Assembly: GCA_038318565.1 (NCBI GenBank)
Contig: JBBQCI010000008.1
Coordinates: forward strand, 4,243 to 68,242
Length of the DNA stretch: 64,000 nucleotides
DNA from: Planctomycetota bacterium
GTDB lineage: Bacteria; Planctomycetota; UBA11346
Direction of reading: 5' to 3'
Shown: positions 38,035 to 48,694 of the stretch, piece by piece
Layout of the letters: every line of letters begins with the position of its first letter
How positions within the stretch are numbered: the stretch's first letter is position 1
The notes under the pieces: model-generated
The model's input: only the letters and a program-made list of their open reading frames with translations
Databases searched by the model: none
Told to the model about the DNA's origin: nothing
Position numbers and translations under genes: made by a program

Positions 38035-38374
38035 GTGCGCCGTTCGTCCGCTGCTTTCTCGATCGCCGAGATGCTCGTTGTCGTCGCCTTTATCGGCATC
38101 CTCAGCAGCTCCTTCGGTCCCAGCTGGCATCTCTACTCCAACGCCGAGTCGGGCGTGTCGTACGGAATCAACAACCGCCTATCTCGACACCAACACGTGC
38201 ATCCCGGCGTACAACGCCACCGGCGTCTATCCGCGCGGACGCCCCGGTTGGCCGGGCTTCGGTCTTGGCCTGCCCATGGTCCAGGACAACACCCGGCACC
38301 GCTTCGCTCAGGTCTTCCGTCGCAGCGACACCGTCGCCGTGCCCGGCGGACGGGGTGGCTCGACATCGACGTGA
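38035..38374 (+). pseudogene. Degraded prepilin-type N-terminal cleavage/methylation domain gene
   Basis: 'RRSSAAFSIAEMLVVVAFIGILSS' resembles AFTLIELLVVIAIIAILAS and is followed quickly by 'SYGINN'. Plausible coding then continues only in another frame. Confidence 0.5.
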
Positions 38375-38985
38375 GGCACAAGCGGAACGCCCATCGCCTG
38401 GGCGGCCATATCGCCACTGCACTCGCGTGCGCCAACCTGGTCCATCATCGCGTAGAATGTGCCACGTGACAGGCCTCCGGCTCGCGCGGCATTAGTGACA
38501 TTGCCACCACTGCGCTGCAGCAGGGCACGCAGCCAGCGGCGCTTGAACGAAGCCTTTGCGGCCAGGTAGTCATCGTCCCAATGTTCATCGCGCGAGACCA
38601 TTTCGGCCTGCCAGGCCAGGGCGATAATCCGGGCAACTAGGGTGACAACGTCAGCGGCGCGCTGCACCGGCCCCTCGGCGAGGCGGCAGACGAGTACCAT
38701 CTCTGGCAACACTGGCACAGTGATGCGATCGCCTTGCACACGTGGCTCCAGGCCAGGCGGCATCGTTTCGGGGATTTTGGGCATACGCATGCCCGGCTCA
38801 GCGTCCTGCGCGATCATCCGCACGCCCTGGAACACCCACATACCCCGTGCCGGGACGCTGCTACGCATGGCGACCAGGAAGCGGCGCACCAGCTCGCTGG
38901 GCTCTAGGCCGCGCCCGCACAGAAATGTCAGGCGGACCAGGCCTTCGTAGGTACTGCGACCGACGGATTCCTCATCTGATGGCAT
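38308..38985 (-). CDS. Small protein with C-terminal Fis-type HTH and no AAA+ domain
   Basis: 'AKASFKRRWLRALLQRSGGNVTNAARAGGLSRGTFYAMM' is an HTH_8 pattern. Confidence 0.7.
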   Translation of the reverse strand: MPSDEESVGRSTYEGLVRLTFLCGRGLEPSELVRRFLVAMRSSVPARGMWVFQGVRMIAQDAEPGMRMPKIPETMPPGLEPRVQGDRITVPVLPEMVLVCRLAEGPVQRAADVVTLVARIIALAWQAEMVSRDEHWDDDYLAAKASFKRRWLRALLQRSGGNVTNAARAGGLSRGTFYAMMDQVGARECSGDMAAQAMGVPLVPHVDVEPPRPPGTATVSLRRKT

Positions 38986-39033
38986 GTCCAGATCATGCGC
39001 TTTGGCCCGATCGGCTCAACTGGGCAGATCGGA

Positions 39034-40305
39034 TCAGCCGCGTTCTTCGATGGCGTACGCCACCTCGCCATGCTGGTGCAAATCGAGCCCAGCCTCCTCG
39101 ACCTGCTCCTCGACCCGCAGTCCGACCATCGCCTTGACCACGACACAGCACAGTGCCGTGCCGCCGCCGGCCCACAGGACGGTGACGAGAACGGCCTTGG
39201 CCTGCTGCGCAAACTGCGTTCCGGTGGCGATGTCGACCGTCCCACCGAAAGCTTTGGTTCCCAGAATGCCGACCAGCAGGGTCCCGATCAGACCAGCGAT
39301 GCCATGCACGCCAAATACGTCCAGCGCGTCATCGTAACCGCCCTTCCGCTTTACCCAGGTGCAGCCGATATAGCACGCGCCGGTTGCAACCAGGGCAAGA
39401 ACCGCCGCACCAAGCGGAGAGACGAATCCTGCCGCCGGGGTGATCACAACCAAGCCAGCCAATGATCCAGTGACCGCGCCAAGGGCGCTGGGCTTGCCGA
39501 AGCGGACCCACTCGATCGCCATCCAGGTGCAGGTCGCGACGGCAGCGGCCAGATGGGTATTGAGCAAGGCCAGTCCTGCCGTGGCATTGGCGGCCAGGGC
39601 ACTGCCGGCGTTGAAACCGAACCAGCCGACCCACAGCATGCCGCCGCCGACCACCGCCAAGGCGACCGAATGCGGCATCATCGGATGCAGCGGATAGCCC
39701 TTACGGCGACCGACGAACAGGGCTGCGACCAGACCGCTGATGCCCGAGTTGATCTCGACCGGGCACCCGCCCGCATAGTCCAGGGTACCCCACAGGAAGG
39801 CGCCGGGACCGCTCCACACCATGTGGCAGATCGGGGCATAGACGACCAGTGACCACATGACGGTGAAGATCATCACCGAACTGAACTTCACCCGTTCGAC
39901 AAATGCTGAGATCACCAGCGCCGGGGTGATGATCGCAAAGGTCATCTGGAAGCAGCAGTAGACGGTCTCAGGAATAGTCGGAGCGTTGGGATGGACCGTG
40001 CCTCCCATCATGCCAGACAGTCCCAGACGGCTGAACGAGCCAATGAACGACAGCAGTCCGGTGTGACCTTCGACCATGCCGGTACGGTCGAAGGCGAGGG
40101 TATAACCGACCAGGACCCACAGCACGCTGACGACTGCGGTAATCGCGAAGCACTGCATGAAGACCGTCAGGGCGTTCTTGGCGCGCACCAGACCAGCATA
40201 CAGCAGCGACAGGCCAGGAATGGTCATGAACAGGACCAGGGCGGTGGACACCATGACCCAGGCGGTATCCCCGCTGCTGATCACCGGCGCGGTCGAGGCA
40301 TCCAT
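39034..40305 (-). CDS. amtB: Ammonium transporter
   Basis: GDTAW, PGLSLLYAGLVR.KN, FQMTFAIITPAL, LWVGWFGFNAGS, GLVVITPAAG, DDALDVFGVHG, GLDL..HGE.AY. Confidence 0.95.
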   Translation of the reverse strand: MDASTAPVISSGDTAWVMVSTALVLFMTIPGLSLLYAGLVRAKNALTVFMQCFAITAVVSVLWVLVGYTLAFDRTGMVEGHTGLLSFIGSFSRLGLSGMMGGTVHPNAPTIPETVYCCFQMTFAIITPALVISAFVERVKFSSVMIFTVMWSLVVYAPICHMVWSGPGAFLWGTLDYAGGCPVEINSGISGLVAALFVGRRKGYPLHPMMPHSVALAVVGGGMLWVGWFGFNAGSALAANATAGLALLNTHLAAAVATCTWMAIEWVRFGKPSALGAVTGSLAGLVVITPAAGFVSPLGAAVLALVATGACYIGCTWVKRKGGYDDALDVFGVHGIAGLIGTLLVGILGTKAFGGTVDIATGTQFAQQAKAVLVTVLWAGGGTALCCVVVKAMVGLRVEEQVEEAGLDLHQHGEVAYAIEERG

Positions 40306-40443
40306 ACATCTTCTCCGGGGTCAGGTCGCGACAGTGGACGGCTTATATACGCAACACGTTCCACACCGGCAATGCGTCAGATAGACAGCTGTTGGTTCAA
40401 TTTTCAATCAAGTGATCAAAAAAATACCTGTAAACTTCCAGCA

Positions 40444-40460
40444 AGCGCAAGTAGTGCCAG
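40444..40460 (-). promoter_or_regulatory. Candidate sigma-54 (-24/-12) promoter for amtB
   Basis: Minus strand CTGGCACTACTTGCGCT gives GG-N10-GC spacing with TGGCAC, ~140 nt upstream of amtB. Confidence 0.45.
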
Positions 40461-40539
40461 TTTGCCTTCACGGATAGCATCATGGTCGCGATACGTCGGG
40501 TGGATTGCTTCGGCCGGTACATCGTCGAGGTTGCCCTGC

Positions 40540-41097
40540 ATGAATCCAGAAACCTGGGTCGAGCAGCATGGCGATGCACTCTACCGCTACGCCATGTCCC
40601 GGCTCAACGATGCGTCAGCCTGCGAGGACATCGTCCAGGAAACCTTGATCGCCGCCCTGCAGGCCAGTGACGGATTCCGTGGTGAATCAGCAGAGCGCAC
40701 CTGGTTGATTGGCATCCTACGTCACAAGCTGGCCGACCACCTGCGCAAACGTTGCCGGGAGCTACCGCTGACCGCGGACGACGAAGGAGACGCCGTAGTC
40801 GATCACCTGTTCGTACCCAACGGCCATTGGCGCCAGGCACCTCGCCAGTGGCAGGCTGATGCCGGCGCCTTGGCCGACAATCGTGAATTCTGGCAGATTT
40901 TTGCCCGCTGTCGTGACGCCCTGCCGCAGCGCCAGGCAGCCCTGTTCACCCTGCGTACCCTGGAAGACGTCGATCAAGAATCCCTCTGTCAGGAATTCGG
41001 GGTTAGCGCGATCAACCTATGGGTGCTCCTGCACCGCGCACGCACTCGGCTACGCGTCTGCCTCGAAGAGCATTGGTTCGGAACTGACCCTGCATGA
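40540..41097 (+). CDS. ECF RNA polymerase sigma factor
   Basis: 'LYRYA...EDIVQETL...FRGES..RTWL.GIL' and region 4 'VLLHRAR.RLR.CLE'. Confidence 0.92.
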   Translation: MNPETWVEQHGDALYRYAMSRLNDASACEDIVQETLIAALQASDGFRGESAERTWLIGILRHKLADHLRKRCRELPLTADDEGDAVVDHLFVPNGHWRQAPRQWQADAGALADNREFWQIFARCRDALPQRQAALFTLRTLEDVDQESLCQEFGVSAINLWVLLHRARTRLRVCLEEHWFGTDPA

Positions 41098-41348
41098 GCG
41101 CACTCGTTTCATGTCGAAAGGCCTCCCGTCTAGCGAGCACCGCCATCGACCGACCATTGCCGTTGCTCAAGCGTATTGAGTTGCGACTGCATCTCGCCAT
41201 GTGCTCGGCCTGCCGGGCCTACCGTCGACAGATCACGCTGATTGATCGCCTGGTGCGCAGCAAGCGCGATCACGACGACGGCGATATGGCGTTCCACCTC
41301 GACCCCGAGGCACGCAAACGCATATCTGAAGCCCTGCGGCGGCGGTGA
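41094..41348 (+). CDS. Zinc-binding (zf-HC2) soluble anti-sigma factor
   Basis: HLAMCSACR (HxxxCxxC); ATGA coupling to the sigma gene. Confidence 0.88.
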   Translation: MSALVSCRKASRLASTAIDRPLPLLKRIELRLHLAMCSACRAYRRQITLIDRLVRSKRDHDDGDMAFHLDPEARKRISEALRRR

Positions 41349-41369
41349 TCCCGAGCCTCAGCGGGCGGT

Positions 41370-42941
41370 CTAGTGGCGGAAGTGGCGGATGCCGGTGAAG
41401 ACCATCGCGACGCCTGCCTTGTCGCAGGCCTCGATCACCAATGCGTCGCCCTTGCTGCCGCCGGGCTGGACGATGGCAGTGATGCCGGCGTCGATCAGCT
41501 TCTGCGGACCATCAGCGAAGGGGAAGAAGGCATCACTGGCAGCAACCGCGCCAGTAGCGCGCGCGCCGGCAAGCTTCACAGCGATATCGGTGGAATTCAC
41601 CCGACTCATCTGGCCAGCGCCGGCGCCTACCAGCTCGCGATCCTTGACGATGCAGATGGCGTTCGACGACAGGTGCTTGACCACCGGCCAGGCGAAGGCG
41701 AGGTCGGTCAACTCAGCCGCGGTCGGGGCGCGCTTGCTGACCACCCGCAATGTGGCCGGATCCCAACCGAGGGTGTCGTAGTCCTGCACCAGCAGGCCGC
41801 CGAGCACGTTCTTGAGGTACTTGGCACCGCCGGGGATCGCGCTGGGCGCACCGACCGCGAGCAAACGGACGTTGGCCTTCCACTTCGGCTTGGTCGTCAG
41901 GATGGTCAGGGCTTCGGCGCTGAAGGCCGGGGCGATCACCACCTCGACGAACTGGCGAGTGCACATCGCCTCGGCGGTGGCGGCGTCGACCTCGCGATTC
42001 AGCGCGATGATGCCTCCGAACGCGGCCTGGGGATCGCCGTCGTAGGCGCGCTCGAAGGCGGTGGCCAGAGTGTCGCGGGCAGCACAGCCGCAGGGGTTGG
42101 CGTGCTTGATGATGGCGCATGCCGGGTCAACAAATTCGCCGACCAGCCGCCAGGCGCCGTCGGCGTCCATCAGGTTGTTATAGCTCAGCTCCTTGCCGTT
42201 GAGCTGCTTGAGCTTGGTGACGCCGGCGACGCCAGGCAGGCGGATATCATAGAGCGCTGCGCGCTGGTGCGGATTCTCGCCATAACGCAGTTCTTGTACC
42301 TTCTTGGCTGGCACCGCGAACTCGGCAGGCAGGGCCTCGTCTGAGGGATCGCCGGCGATGCGGGTCAGTTCGTCGGCGATCAGCGCGTCATAACGGCCGG
42401 TGGTGCGGAAGACGGTGCGGGCGCACCTCTGGCGGAAGAGCAGGGTGGTGTCGCCGCTGTTGGCGGCCATCTCTGCGAGGCAACGGGCGTAGTCGGCAGG
42501 ATCGACGATAACCGTCACGAAGGCGTGGTTCTTGGCCGCGCTGCGCAGCATCGACGGACCACCGATGTCGATCTTTTCGATCTTGTCGGCAGTGGTCGAG
42601 CCGGCCTTGTCGGCGGTGGCTTCGAAGGGGTAGAGGTTGACCACTACGAGGTCGATCAGGCCGATGCCGTTGGCCTTGGCCGCTTCGACGTGATGGGCAT
42701 CGTCGCGCACACACAGCAGGCCACCGTGGATCTTCGGGTGCAGGGTCTTAACCCGGCCGTCCATCATCTCGGGGAATCCGGTGTATTCCGCCACTTCGAT
42801 GACCGGGATGCCGGCGTCTTTGAGCGCCTTGTAGGTCCCGCCGGTCGACAGCAGTTCGACACTACGCTGGTGCAGCTCGCGGGCGAATTCGACAATGCCA
42901 GTCTTATCGAAGACGGAGAGAAGGGCACGGCGGATGGGCAT
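41370..42941 (-). CDS. purH: Bifunctional AICAR transformylase/IMP cyclohydrolase
   Basis: RRALLSVFDK, GRVKTLHPKIHGG, IDIGGPSM, LRYGENPHQ, KHANPCG, ASDAFFPF, RHFRH. Confidence 0.97.
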   Translation of the reverse strand: MPIRRALLSVFDKTGIVEFARELHQRSVELLSTGGTYKALKDAGIPVIEVAEYTGFPEMMDGRVKTLHPKIHGGLLCVRDDAHHVEAAKANGIGLIDLVVVNLYPFEATADKAGSTTADKIEKIDIGGPSMLRSAAKNHAFVTVIVDPADYARCLAEMAANSGDTTLLFRQRCARTVFRTTGRYDALIADELTRIAGDPSDEALPAEFAVPAKKVQELRYGENPHQRAALYDIRLPGVAGVTKLKQLNGKELSYNNLMDADGAWRLVGEFVDPACAIIKHANPCGCAARDTLATAFERAYDGDPQAAFGGIIALNREVDAATAEAMCTRQFVEVVIAPAFSAEALTILTTKPKWKANVRLLAVGAPSAIPGGAKYLKNVLGGLLVQDYDTLGWDPATLRVVSKRAPTAAELTDLAFAWPVVKHLSSNAICIVKDRELVGAGAGQMSRVNSTDIAVKLAGARATGAVAASDAFFPFADGPQKLIDAGITAIVQPGGSKGDALVIEACDKAGVAMVFTGIRHFRH

Positions 42942-43058
42942 GGGGACTCCTGCAGGCGAGCGCGGGATGCTCTCTTCATGTTCGGCGTGGCAAGGGCTCA
43001 TCCGACCGGCCGACGGGGCCAGGACTTTCCCACGTCCGCTCGGCTGTACGATGCGGCC

Positions 43059-43907
43059 ATGCCGATGTCCCCGCTCCTGCGCAAGGGCCTGCGTACCTGC
43101 TGCCTGTTTGGTCTGGTTCCTCTCGCTGTCGTTTTGCTCGGTATGACATCATGCCAGGGCCGCATCATCTATCCCGGCCTGCACTACGCCCAGGTGATGT
43201 GGGAGAAGGTGCCAGCCACCATCGAGCCGCTACGCTACACCACGGGCGAAGGCGCTCAGGTCTCGTTTTGGAAGAAACCTGCCAGTGGCGGCGAGCCCAA
43301 GCGCATCTGGATGATATGCAACGGCAACGGCGGGTACGCGCTGGCCTGGCCGGACCTGCTACCGCTGACCAACGACCGCGAGGCTGGCTATCTGCTATTC
43401 GAATATCCCGGCTACGGCTTCAGCGAGGGATCCTGCACACCCGGCCGCATTCTCGCGGCCAGCGAGGCGGCTGTCGCTGCCCTCGCCGAGCACCTGCAGT
43501 TACCGCGCGACCAGCTCGACGCGCGGCTGTCCGTGTTTGGCCATTCGCTTGGCTGCGCTGCTGCGCTGCAGTACGCGGCCAAGCATCCGGTGCAGCGCAT
43601 CGTTCTGGCGGCCCCCTTCACCAGCATGGTCGAGATGGGCCACCGCATGCTGTTCTGGCCGTGCGGCTGGCTGGTCTGGCACCATTTCAACAACGTCGAT
43701 CGCCTGGCCGAGATCAGCCGACAGCAACCACGACCGCGGATCGACATCTACCACGGCAGCGAAGATCTGATTATTCCGCCAGAGATGTCTGAGGAACTGG
43801 CAGCGCCGTACCCCGGCTGGGTTTCACGTACGCTGGTGCCGGGGGCCGATCACGACGACGTGATCATGGACGTCTTACCCCGCTTCGACGCACCCGCAGC
43901 ACGCTGA
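43059..43907 (+). CDS. Alpha/beta hydrolase (ABHD13/Bem46-like)
   Basis: NGNGG, EYPGYG.SEG, GHSLG nucleophile, HGSED, GADH; N-terminal hydrophobic segment. Confidence 0.85.
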   Translation: MPMSPLLRKGLRTCCLFGLVPLAVVLLGMTSCQGRIIYPGLHYAQVMWEKVPATIEPLRYTTGEGAQVSFWKKPASGGEPKRIWMICNGNGGYALAWPDLLPLTNDREAGYLLFEYPGYGFSEGSCTPGRILAASEAAVAALAEHLQLPRDQLDARLSVFGHSLGCAAALQYAAKHPVQRIVLAAPFTSMVEMGHRMLFWPCGWLVWHHFNNVDRLAEISRQQPRPRIDIYHGSEDLIIPPEMSEELAAPYPGWVSRTLVPGADHDDVIMDVLPRFDAPAAR

Positions 43908-46116
43908 GCAGTCCACCGAGTACGATCAGGCCGCCCAGGCCGCAGCCACCACCACCGCCTCCACCACTAGTTGCCGGAGCCGGTACGTTGACCATCACGG
44001 TTGAGCTGGATCCGTCGGCAAAGCTGGCGGTCAGGGTGTACGAACCCGGACCGGGGAAGGTGGCAGTGGCCGAGGCTGCCCCGCTGGTGCCGTTGGGACT
44101 GAAGGTCACGCCGCTGGGTACGCTGGTCCAGGTCACCACCCCACCGGATCCATCGGCCCGGGCCGACAACGCCATCGTCGCACCGACCAGCGGCGCAGTC
44201 GCACAGGCGGCCGCCCGATCACTGGTCCAGCCGACGTACATCGGCATGGCGTAGCGGCTGCCGGCATTACCCGTCGGCAGGGTCTGGCTGACCCCGAGCC
44301 GGGTCTCATGTGCCTGGGTGGCATATTCGCCTGTGTAATTACTGGTCACATAACTCATCGAACAGTGACCGTCAGTGGTTTCGAAGGCGGTGCCCGAAGG
44401 ACGCAGGGCATACAGCAAGGTGCCGAGGAACTCGGTGCGGCCGCCGTTGCGCGTCTTCGCGACCATGCCGCCGTTTTCGGTCTTCAATCCGAACACCCAC
44501 AGATCGCCGCCATTATTGTCCATGTGTAGCTGCGACCCCTCAATGTTCAGCTGACGGGCCCAGACCCGCTGTCCAGGCACCGTGGTGACGTTGTTCATGC
44601 CAGCGTCTTCCAGAAACAGCGGCCCAGCCCCGGGTGCAGCCTTGTAAGAGAATTGGCCGTTGCGCAGCACGACGGTGCGAGCGCAGTTGTGGTAGATCGT
44701 GACATCACCACGCACATCGTCGATGATCAGTGGATTGGGCGATTCGTCCTGAACCCGCAGGACGAGTCCAATCGAGCCCCAGCGGTTGAAGTTGTTGGCG
44801 AAGCCAGTGAAGCGGCGGACGTGGGCCGGCACGCGAAAGCCTGCCTGCTCCAGCGGCACGCCTGCCGAAACCCCGGACAGCGTCGACCCGGTGTTGATCC
44901 ACACGGTGGTGCAGGACGGGGCGTAAAACACAGCCTGATTGATCGTGGTCATGCCGGCGGTGATGTCACTATTGGCGTTGGCGTCCCACGTGTTGTATTC
45001 ATAGCTGCGTTGCAGCCGCCCCCAATGATTCGGATCGTTGTCATGAAACGTCGGCGTTTCTTGCACCGGCAGCTTCAGCGACATCCGCGACGCGGCGTCG
45101 TCAACGCTGCCGAAGAGGTGGCGGATCGGGCCGACCACGCGTTCGCTGATCGTCGAGCCGGGCACGACCGTCGTCCCGGTCTTCAATGCTGAGCCGTAGC
45201 CCGTTGCCGTGATCGTGCGCAGATAGGCGGTGTCGCCCGAACCAAGTTCGACGGCTGAACGTCCGCCAGCGCCGCCACTGCAGGTTGCATCAAGCAGGAT
45301 CACATGCCCTTTGGACCCCGTGCTCAGTACTGCCGGCACGCTATTGGTGCTGGTCAGCCGACGTATCGCCAGGGTGTTGTTGTCATTGCGCAGTCCGGCG
45401 ACCGACTGACCGCTGAACGTCAGGTCTTCGAAGGTCGGACCGTACTCCGGCGTGCGGATGTCGAGACCGACCTGGAATCCCTGAACTTCGAGCCGTTTGA
45501 CTAGGCATGGGCCCGGCCAGTCCTGTGTCATATCGACGCCGCACACGCCACTACCCGTGACTAGGACGTTCTGCAGTGCGCCGGTGTTGCTGGCGTTGTA
45601 CTCGATACCGATCGCGCCGGCGTTCCCGCTGCCGGTGTTGACCGTCAGATCCCGGATGTTCTGAGAAAATCCGTAGTTCCCCGTCCGCCAACAGCGGATC
45701 ACCGGCACCGGTGCACCCGCATTGGCAAACCCGCTGCACGTGTCGTCTAGACGGATGACCGTATCGGCTCTACCAGCGCCGCGCATGGTCAGGTTGATGC
45801 CGATCCAGGTTAGCATGCCGGTCACCCGGTAGGTGCCTGGCGGCAGATAGACCGTACGAGGACGGGCTGAGTAGTAATCGGGTGGTCGATCAGTCTGGCT
45901 ACGCCCGTGGTTCAACGCCGCGTTGATCGCCGCTGTGTCGTCGTGGCTTCCGTCGCCAAGCGCTCCATAGGCCTTCACGTTCACGCACGCGACCTCAGCT
46001 GCCTGGATCGGCAGACCGCCGCTGTCGCGGGCGTAGATCGCATCGGGATAGACGAGCTCGGTCGCGGAGAGGCAACTGACGACCAGCAACAGCGTAAGTG
46101 ATTTAAGGTAACCCAT
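43864..46116 (-). CDS. Secreted beta-helix glycoside hydrolase/lyase (pectate_lyase_3-like) with C-terminal sorting/anchor segment
   Basis: Signal peptide; '[23 protein letters not shown]...[10 protein letters not shown]'; 'WVFGLKTE'; C-terminal Gly-run-C-TM-basic tail. Confidence 0.8.
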   Translation of the reverse strand: MGYLKSLTLLLVVSCLSATELVYPDAIYARDSGGLPIQAAEVACVNVKAYGALGDGSHDDTAAINAALNHGRSQTDRPPDYYSARPRTVYLPPGTYRVTGMLTWIGINLTMRGAGRADTVIRLDDTCSGFANAGAPVPVIRCWRTGNYGFSQNIRDLTVNTGSGNAGAIGIEYNASNTGALQNVLVTGSGVCGVDMTQDWPGPCLVKRLEVQGFQVGLDIRTPEYGPTFEDLTFSGQSVAGLRNDNNTLAIRRLTSTNSVPAVLSTGSKGHVILLDATCSGGAGGRSAVELGSGDTAYLRTITATGYGSALKTGTTVVPGSTISERVVGPIRHLFGSVDDAASRMSLKLPVQETPTFHDNDPNHWGRLQRSYEYNTWDANANSDITAGMTTINQAVFYAPSCTTVWINTGSTLSGVSAGVPLEQAGFRVPAHVRRFTGFANNFNRWGSIGLVLRVQDESPNPLIIDDVRGDVTIYHNCARTVVLRNGQFSYKAAPGAGPLFLEDAGMNNVTTVPGQRVWARQLNIEGSQLHMDNNGGDLWVFGLKTENGGMVAKTRNGGRTEFLGTLLYALRPSGTAFETTDGHCSMSYVTSNYTGEYATQAHETRLGVSQTLPTGNAGSRYAMPMYVGWTSDRAAACATAPLVGATMALSARADGSGGVVTWTSVPSGVTFSPNGTSGAASATATFPGPGSYTLTASFADGSSSTVMVNVPAPATSGGGGGGGCGLGGLIVLGGLLSVLRVRRSGVRRP

Positions 46117-46281
46117 AATTACAACATAAAAACGATCCTGATGCGAGCCAACCCCATCTCGTCTTCATCGGAACCATTGCATGACATACCCATTACCCCG
46201 TCATGTCGACGAGCGCACGATGAGGCCCTTCCCATAGGCGACCTCATCTCTAGCTTCCCCATCCCACACGTAAGGAACCCC

Positions 46282-47583
46282 ATGTACATCGACGACGTCA
46301 AGGCCCGCCAGATCATCGACTCCCGTGGCAATCCGACCATCGAGGTCGATGTCACCCTGGAAGACGGCACCCTCGGCCGCGCGGCCGTGCCCTCGGGCGC
46401 AAGCACCGGCATCTACGAGGCGGTCGAACTGCGTGACGGCGACAAGACCAAGTACCTGGGCAAGGGCGTGCTGAAGGCCGTCGCCAACGTCAACGACAAG
46501 CTCGGACCCGAGCTGGTCGGCCTTGACGCCCGCGAACAGCGCGTGATCGATGCCAAGATGATTGAAATCGATGGCACCGAGAACAAAGCGAACCTGGGCG
46601 CCAACGCCATCCTCGGCGTCTCGCTCGCCACCGCCAAGGCCGCCGCGCAGTCGCTCGGCCTGCCGCTCTACCGCTACATCGGCGGCACCAATGCCCGCCA
46701 GTTGCCCGTGCCGATGGCCAACATCATCAACGGTGGCAAGCACGCCGACAACAAGATCGACTTCCAAGAGTTCATGGTCATGCCGGTGGGCGCCAAGACC
46801 TTCTCGGATGGCATTCGCCAAGTCTGCGAAGTCTTCCACGCCCTCAAAGGCGTGCTGAAGAAGGCCGGTCACAACACCGCGGTTGGCGATGAGGGCGGCT
46901 TCGCCCCGAACATCGACAACGAGGATGCGCTCAAGTTCATCATGGAGGCCATCACCAAGGCCGGCTACACGGCTGGCCGCGACGCCGACTTCGCCATCGC
47001 CATGGACTGCGCCAGCTCCGAGCTGTTCGACGAGGGCGGCAAGAAGGGCTACAAGTTCTGGAAGTCGAACCCGGACAAGCTGTTCTCGGCCGAGGAGATG
47101 ATCGAACTGTTCGCCGGTTGGTGCCAGAAGTACCCGATCATCTCGATCGAGGACGCGCTCGACCAGGACGACTGGACCGGCTACACCAAGTTCACCAGCC
47201 GCCTGGGCAAGACCGTGCAGATCGTCGGCGACGACTTCTTCGTCACCAACCCCAAGCGCCTGGCCGAAGGCATCACCAAGAACGCCTGCAACTCGATCCT
47301 CGTCAAGGTCAACCAGATCGGCACCCTGACCGAGACCCTCGACGCCGTGCAGATGGCGCAGAAGGCCGGCTACACCGCGATCCTGTCGCATCGTTCCGGC
47401 GAGACCGAGGACGCGACCATCGCCGACATCGCGGTGGCCACCAACTGCGGCCAGATCAAGACCGGTTCCGCCTCGCGCACCGACCGTATCGCCAAGTACA
47501 ACCAGCTCATCCGCATCGAGGAAGAGCTTGGCGCCCAGGCCGAATACCGCGGCCTCAAGACGTTCTACAACCTGTATCGGTGA
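46282..47583 (+). CDS. eno: Enolase
   Basis: [60 protein letters not shown]. Confidence 0.98.
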   Translation: MYIDDVKARQIIDSRGNPTIEVDVTLEDGTLGRAAVPSGASTGIYEAVELRDGDKTKYLGKGVLKAVANVNDKLGPELVGLDAREQRVIDAKMIEIDGTENKANLGANAILGVSLATAKAAAQSLGLPLYRYIGGTNARQLPVPMANIINGGKHADNKIDFQEFMVMPVGAKTFSDGIRQVCEVFHALKGVLKKAGHNTAVGDEGGFAPNIDNEDALKFIMEAITKAGYTAGRDADFAIAMDCASSELFDEGGKKGYKFWKSNPDKLFSAEEMIELFAGWCQKYPIISIEDALDQDDWTGYTKFTSRLGKTVQIVGDDFFVTNPKRLAEGITKNACNSILVKVNQIGTLTETLDAVQMAQKAGYTAILSHRSGETEDATIADIAVATNCGQIKTGSASRTDRIAKYNQLIRIEEELGAQAEYRGLKTFYNLYR

Positions 47584-47746
47584 GGGCTTGGGGGCTCAGG
47601 GCTTGGGGGCTTTGCCCCCCCCACGACCTGTGTCGCGGCTCAGTTTCGTCGCAGACTCCGAAACCGTGGGCGGATGGGCTGCGCCCACCCGCCCACCGCC
47701 GCTCGGCGGTCGGCGGTCGGCCTATCTCGCGATGGGAAGCAATAAC

Positions 47747-47780
47747 GAAGCACCCCGCACGAATACGCGCGGGGTGCTTC
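47747..47780. terminator. Stem-loop terminator between convergent eno and MerR-family gene
   Basis: GAAGCACCCCGC-N10-GCGGGGTGCTTC followed by TATTT. Confidence 0.7.
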
Positions 47781-47801
47781 TATTTCTGGATGTCAGACGG
47801 C

Positions 47802-48674
47802 TCAGTGCTTTGTTTTTGACCACGGCAGCAGCTTGGTCGCGTCAAGCAGCTCGGCGATGGCCAGCTGGTTCTCGCCACCCAGTACGCTGATGTGGGCGGT
47901 GGCGCCAGTGGTGGACACCTCGCCATCACCGACCGCGATCCACGGACCGCTGACCGGTTTCACCGGCGCATAAGCGGCGATCTGGCAACGCTGGTTGAGG
48001 ATGAGGGCCACCAACTGGGCAGCCACATGCGACGCGTCATCACCAACCGCGACGACCTGGAGGGCGGTCGGGGACTGCTTCATCATGCGCAGGATCTGCT
48101 GGGTGCGGGTACGCACTGAGGACAGCAAGCTGGCCTCTTCGACAAAGGGGCGGCCATTGACCCGGGCTTCGACGACACCGACAAGCACCGGCACCAGGGC
48201 GGCCGCTGGTTCGTCGGCCGGACGCAGAGTCCACACCGCGCGCTGCACGCGCTCCTGGGCTGCCGGAGCGTTACGCGTGTCGAGGGCCTCGATCACTGCG
48301 TCTTGCGTCTCTTTGATGCGCAGGTCGCGAGACCTGGACAGGGCCTTGGTCTTGGGCAGGCCGCGCGGCGGCTGCGGAGCAACCCCGTCTGTCGGGAAGC
48401 GCGGCAGGCCGTCGACGATGAGCTGACTGATCGAGGTGCCGGTCTTCACCAGCTGGGCGACCCGCTTCAGTTCCTGCACTTGGTGCGCCGTGTAGGCACG
48501 GTAGCCATTGGCCCGCCGACGCGGGCTGGGCCAGCCGTAGCGGAGCTCCCAGATGCGCAGCACACTTGGCGACAGTCCGCAAGCCTTGGAGGCTTCGTTG
48601 ATGTTGAGCGCCTGCGGCATTCCCGCCTGTGCGGGAACGTTGGTGGGCGCGAGAGGAGTAATAATGGCGTTCAT
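47802..48674 (-). CDS. MerR-family transcriptional regulator (CarH/LitR-like N-terminus)
   Basis: 'INEASKACGLSPSVLRIWELRYGWPSPRRRANGYRAY'. Confidence 0.85.
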   Translation of the reverse strand: MNAIITPLAPTNVPAQAGMPQALNINEASKACGLSPSVLRIWELRYGWPSPRRRANGYRAYTAHQVQELKRVAQLVKTGTSISQLIVDGLPRFPTDGVAPQPPRGLPKTKALSRSRDLRIKETQDAVIEALDTRNAPAAQERVQRAVWTLRPADEPAAALVPVLVGVVEARVNGRPFVEEASLLSSVRTRTQQILRMMKQSPTALQVVAVGDDASHVAAQLVALILNQRCQIAAYAPVKPVSGPWIAVGDGEVSTTGATAHISVLGGENQLAIAELLDATKLLPWSKTKH

Positions 48675-48694
48675 GGCTGACCTCGCTGGCTGGT

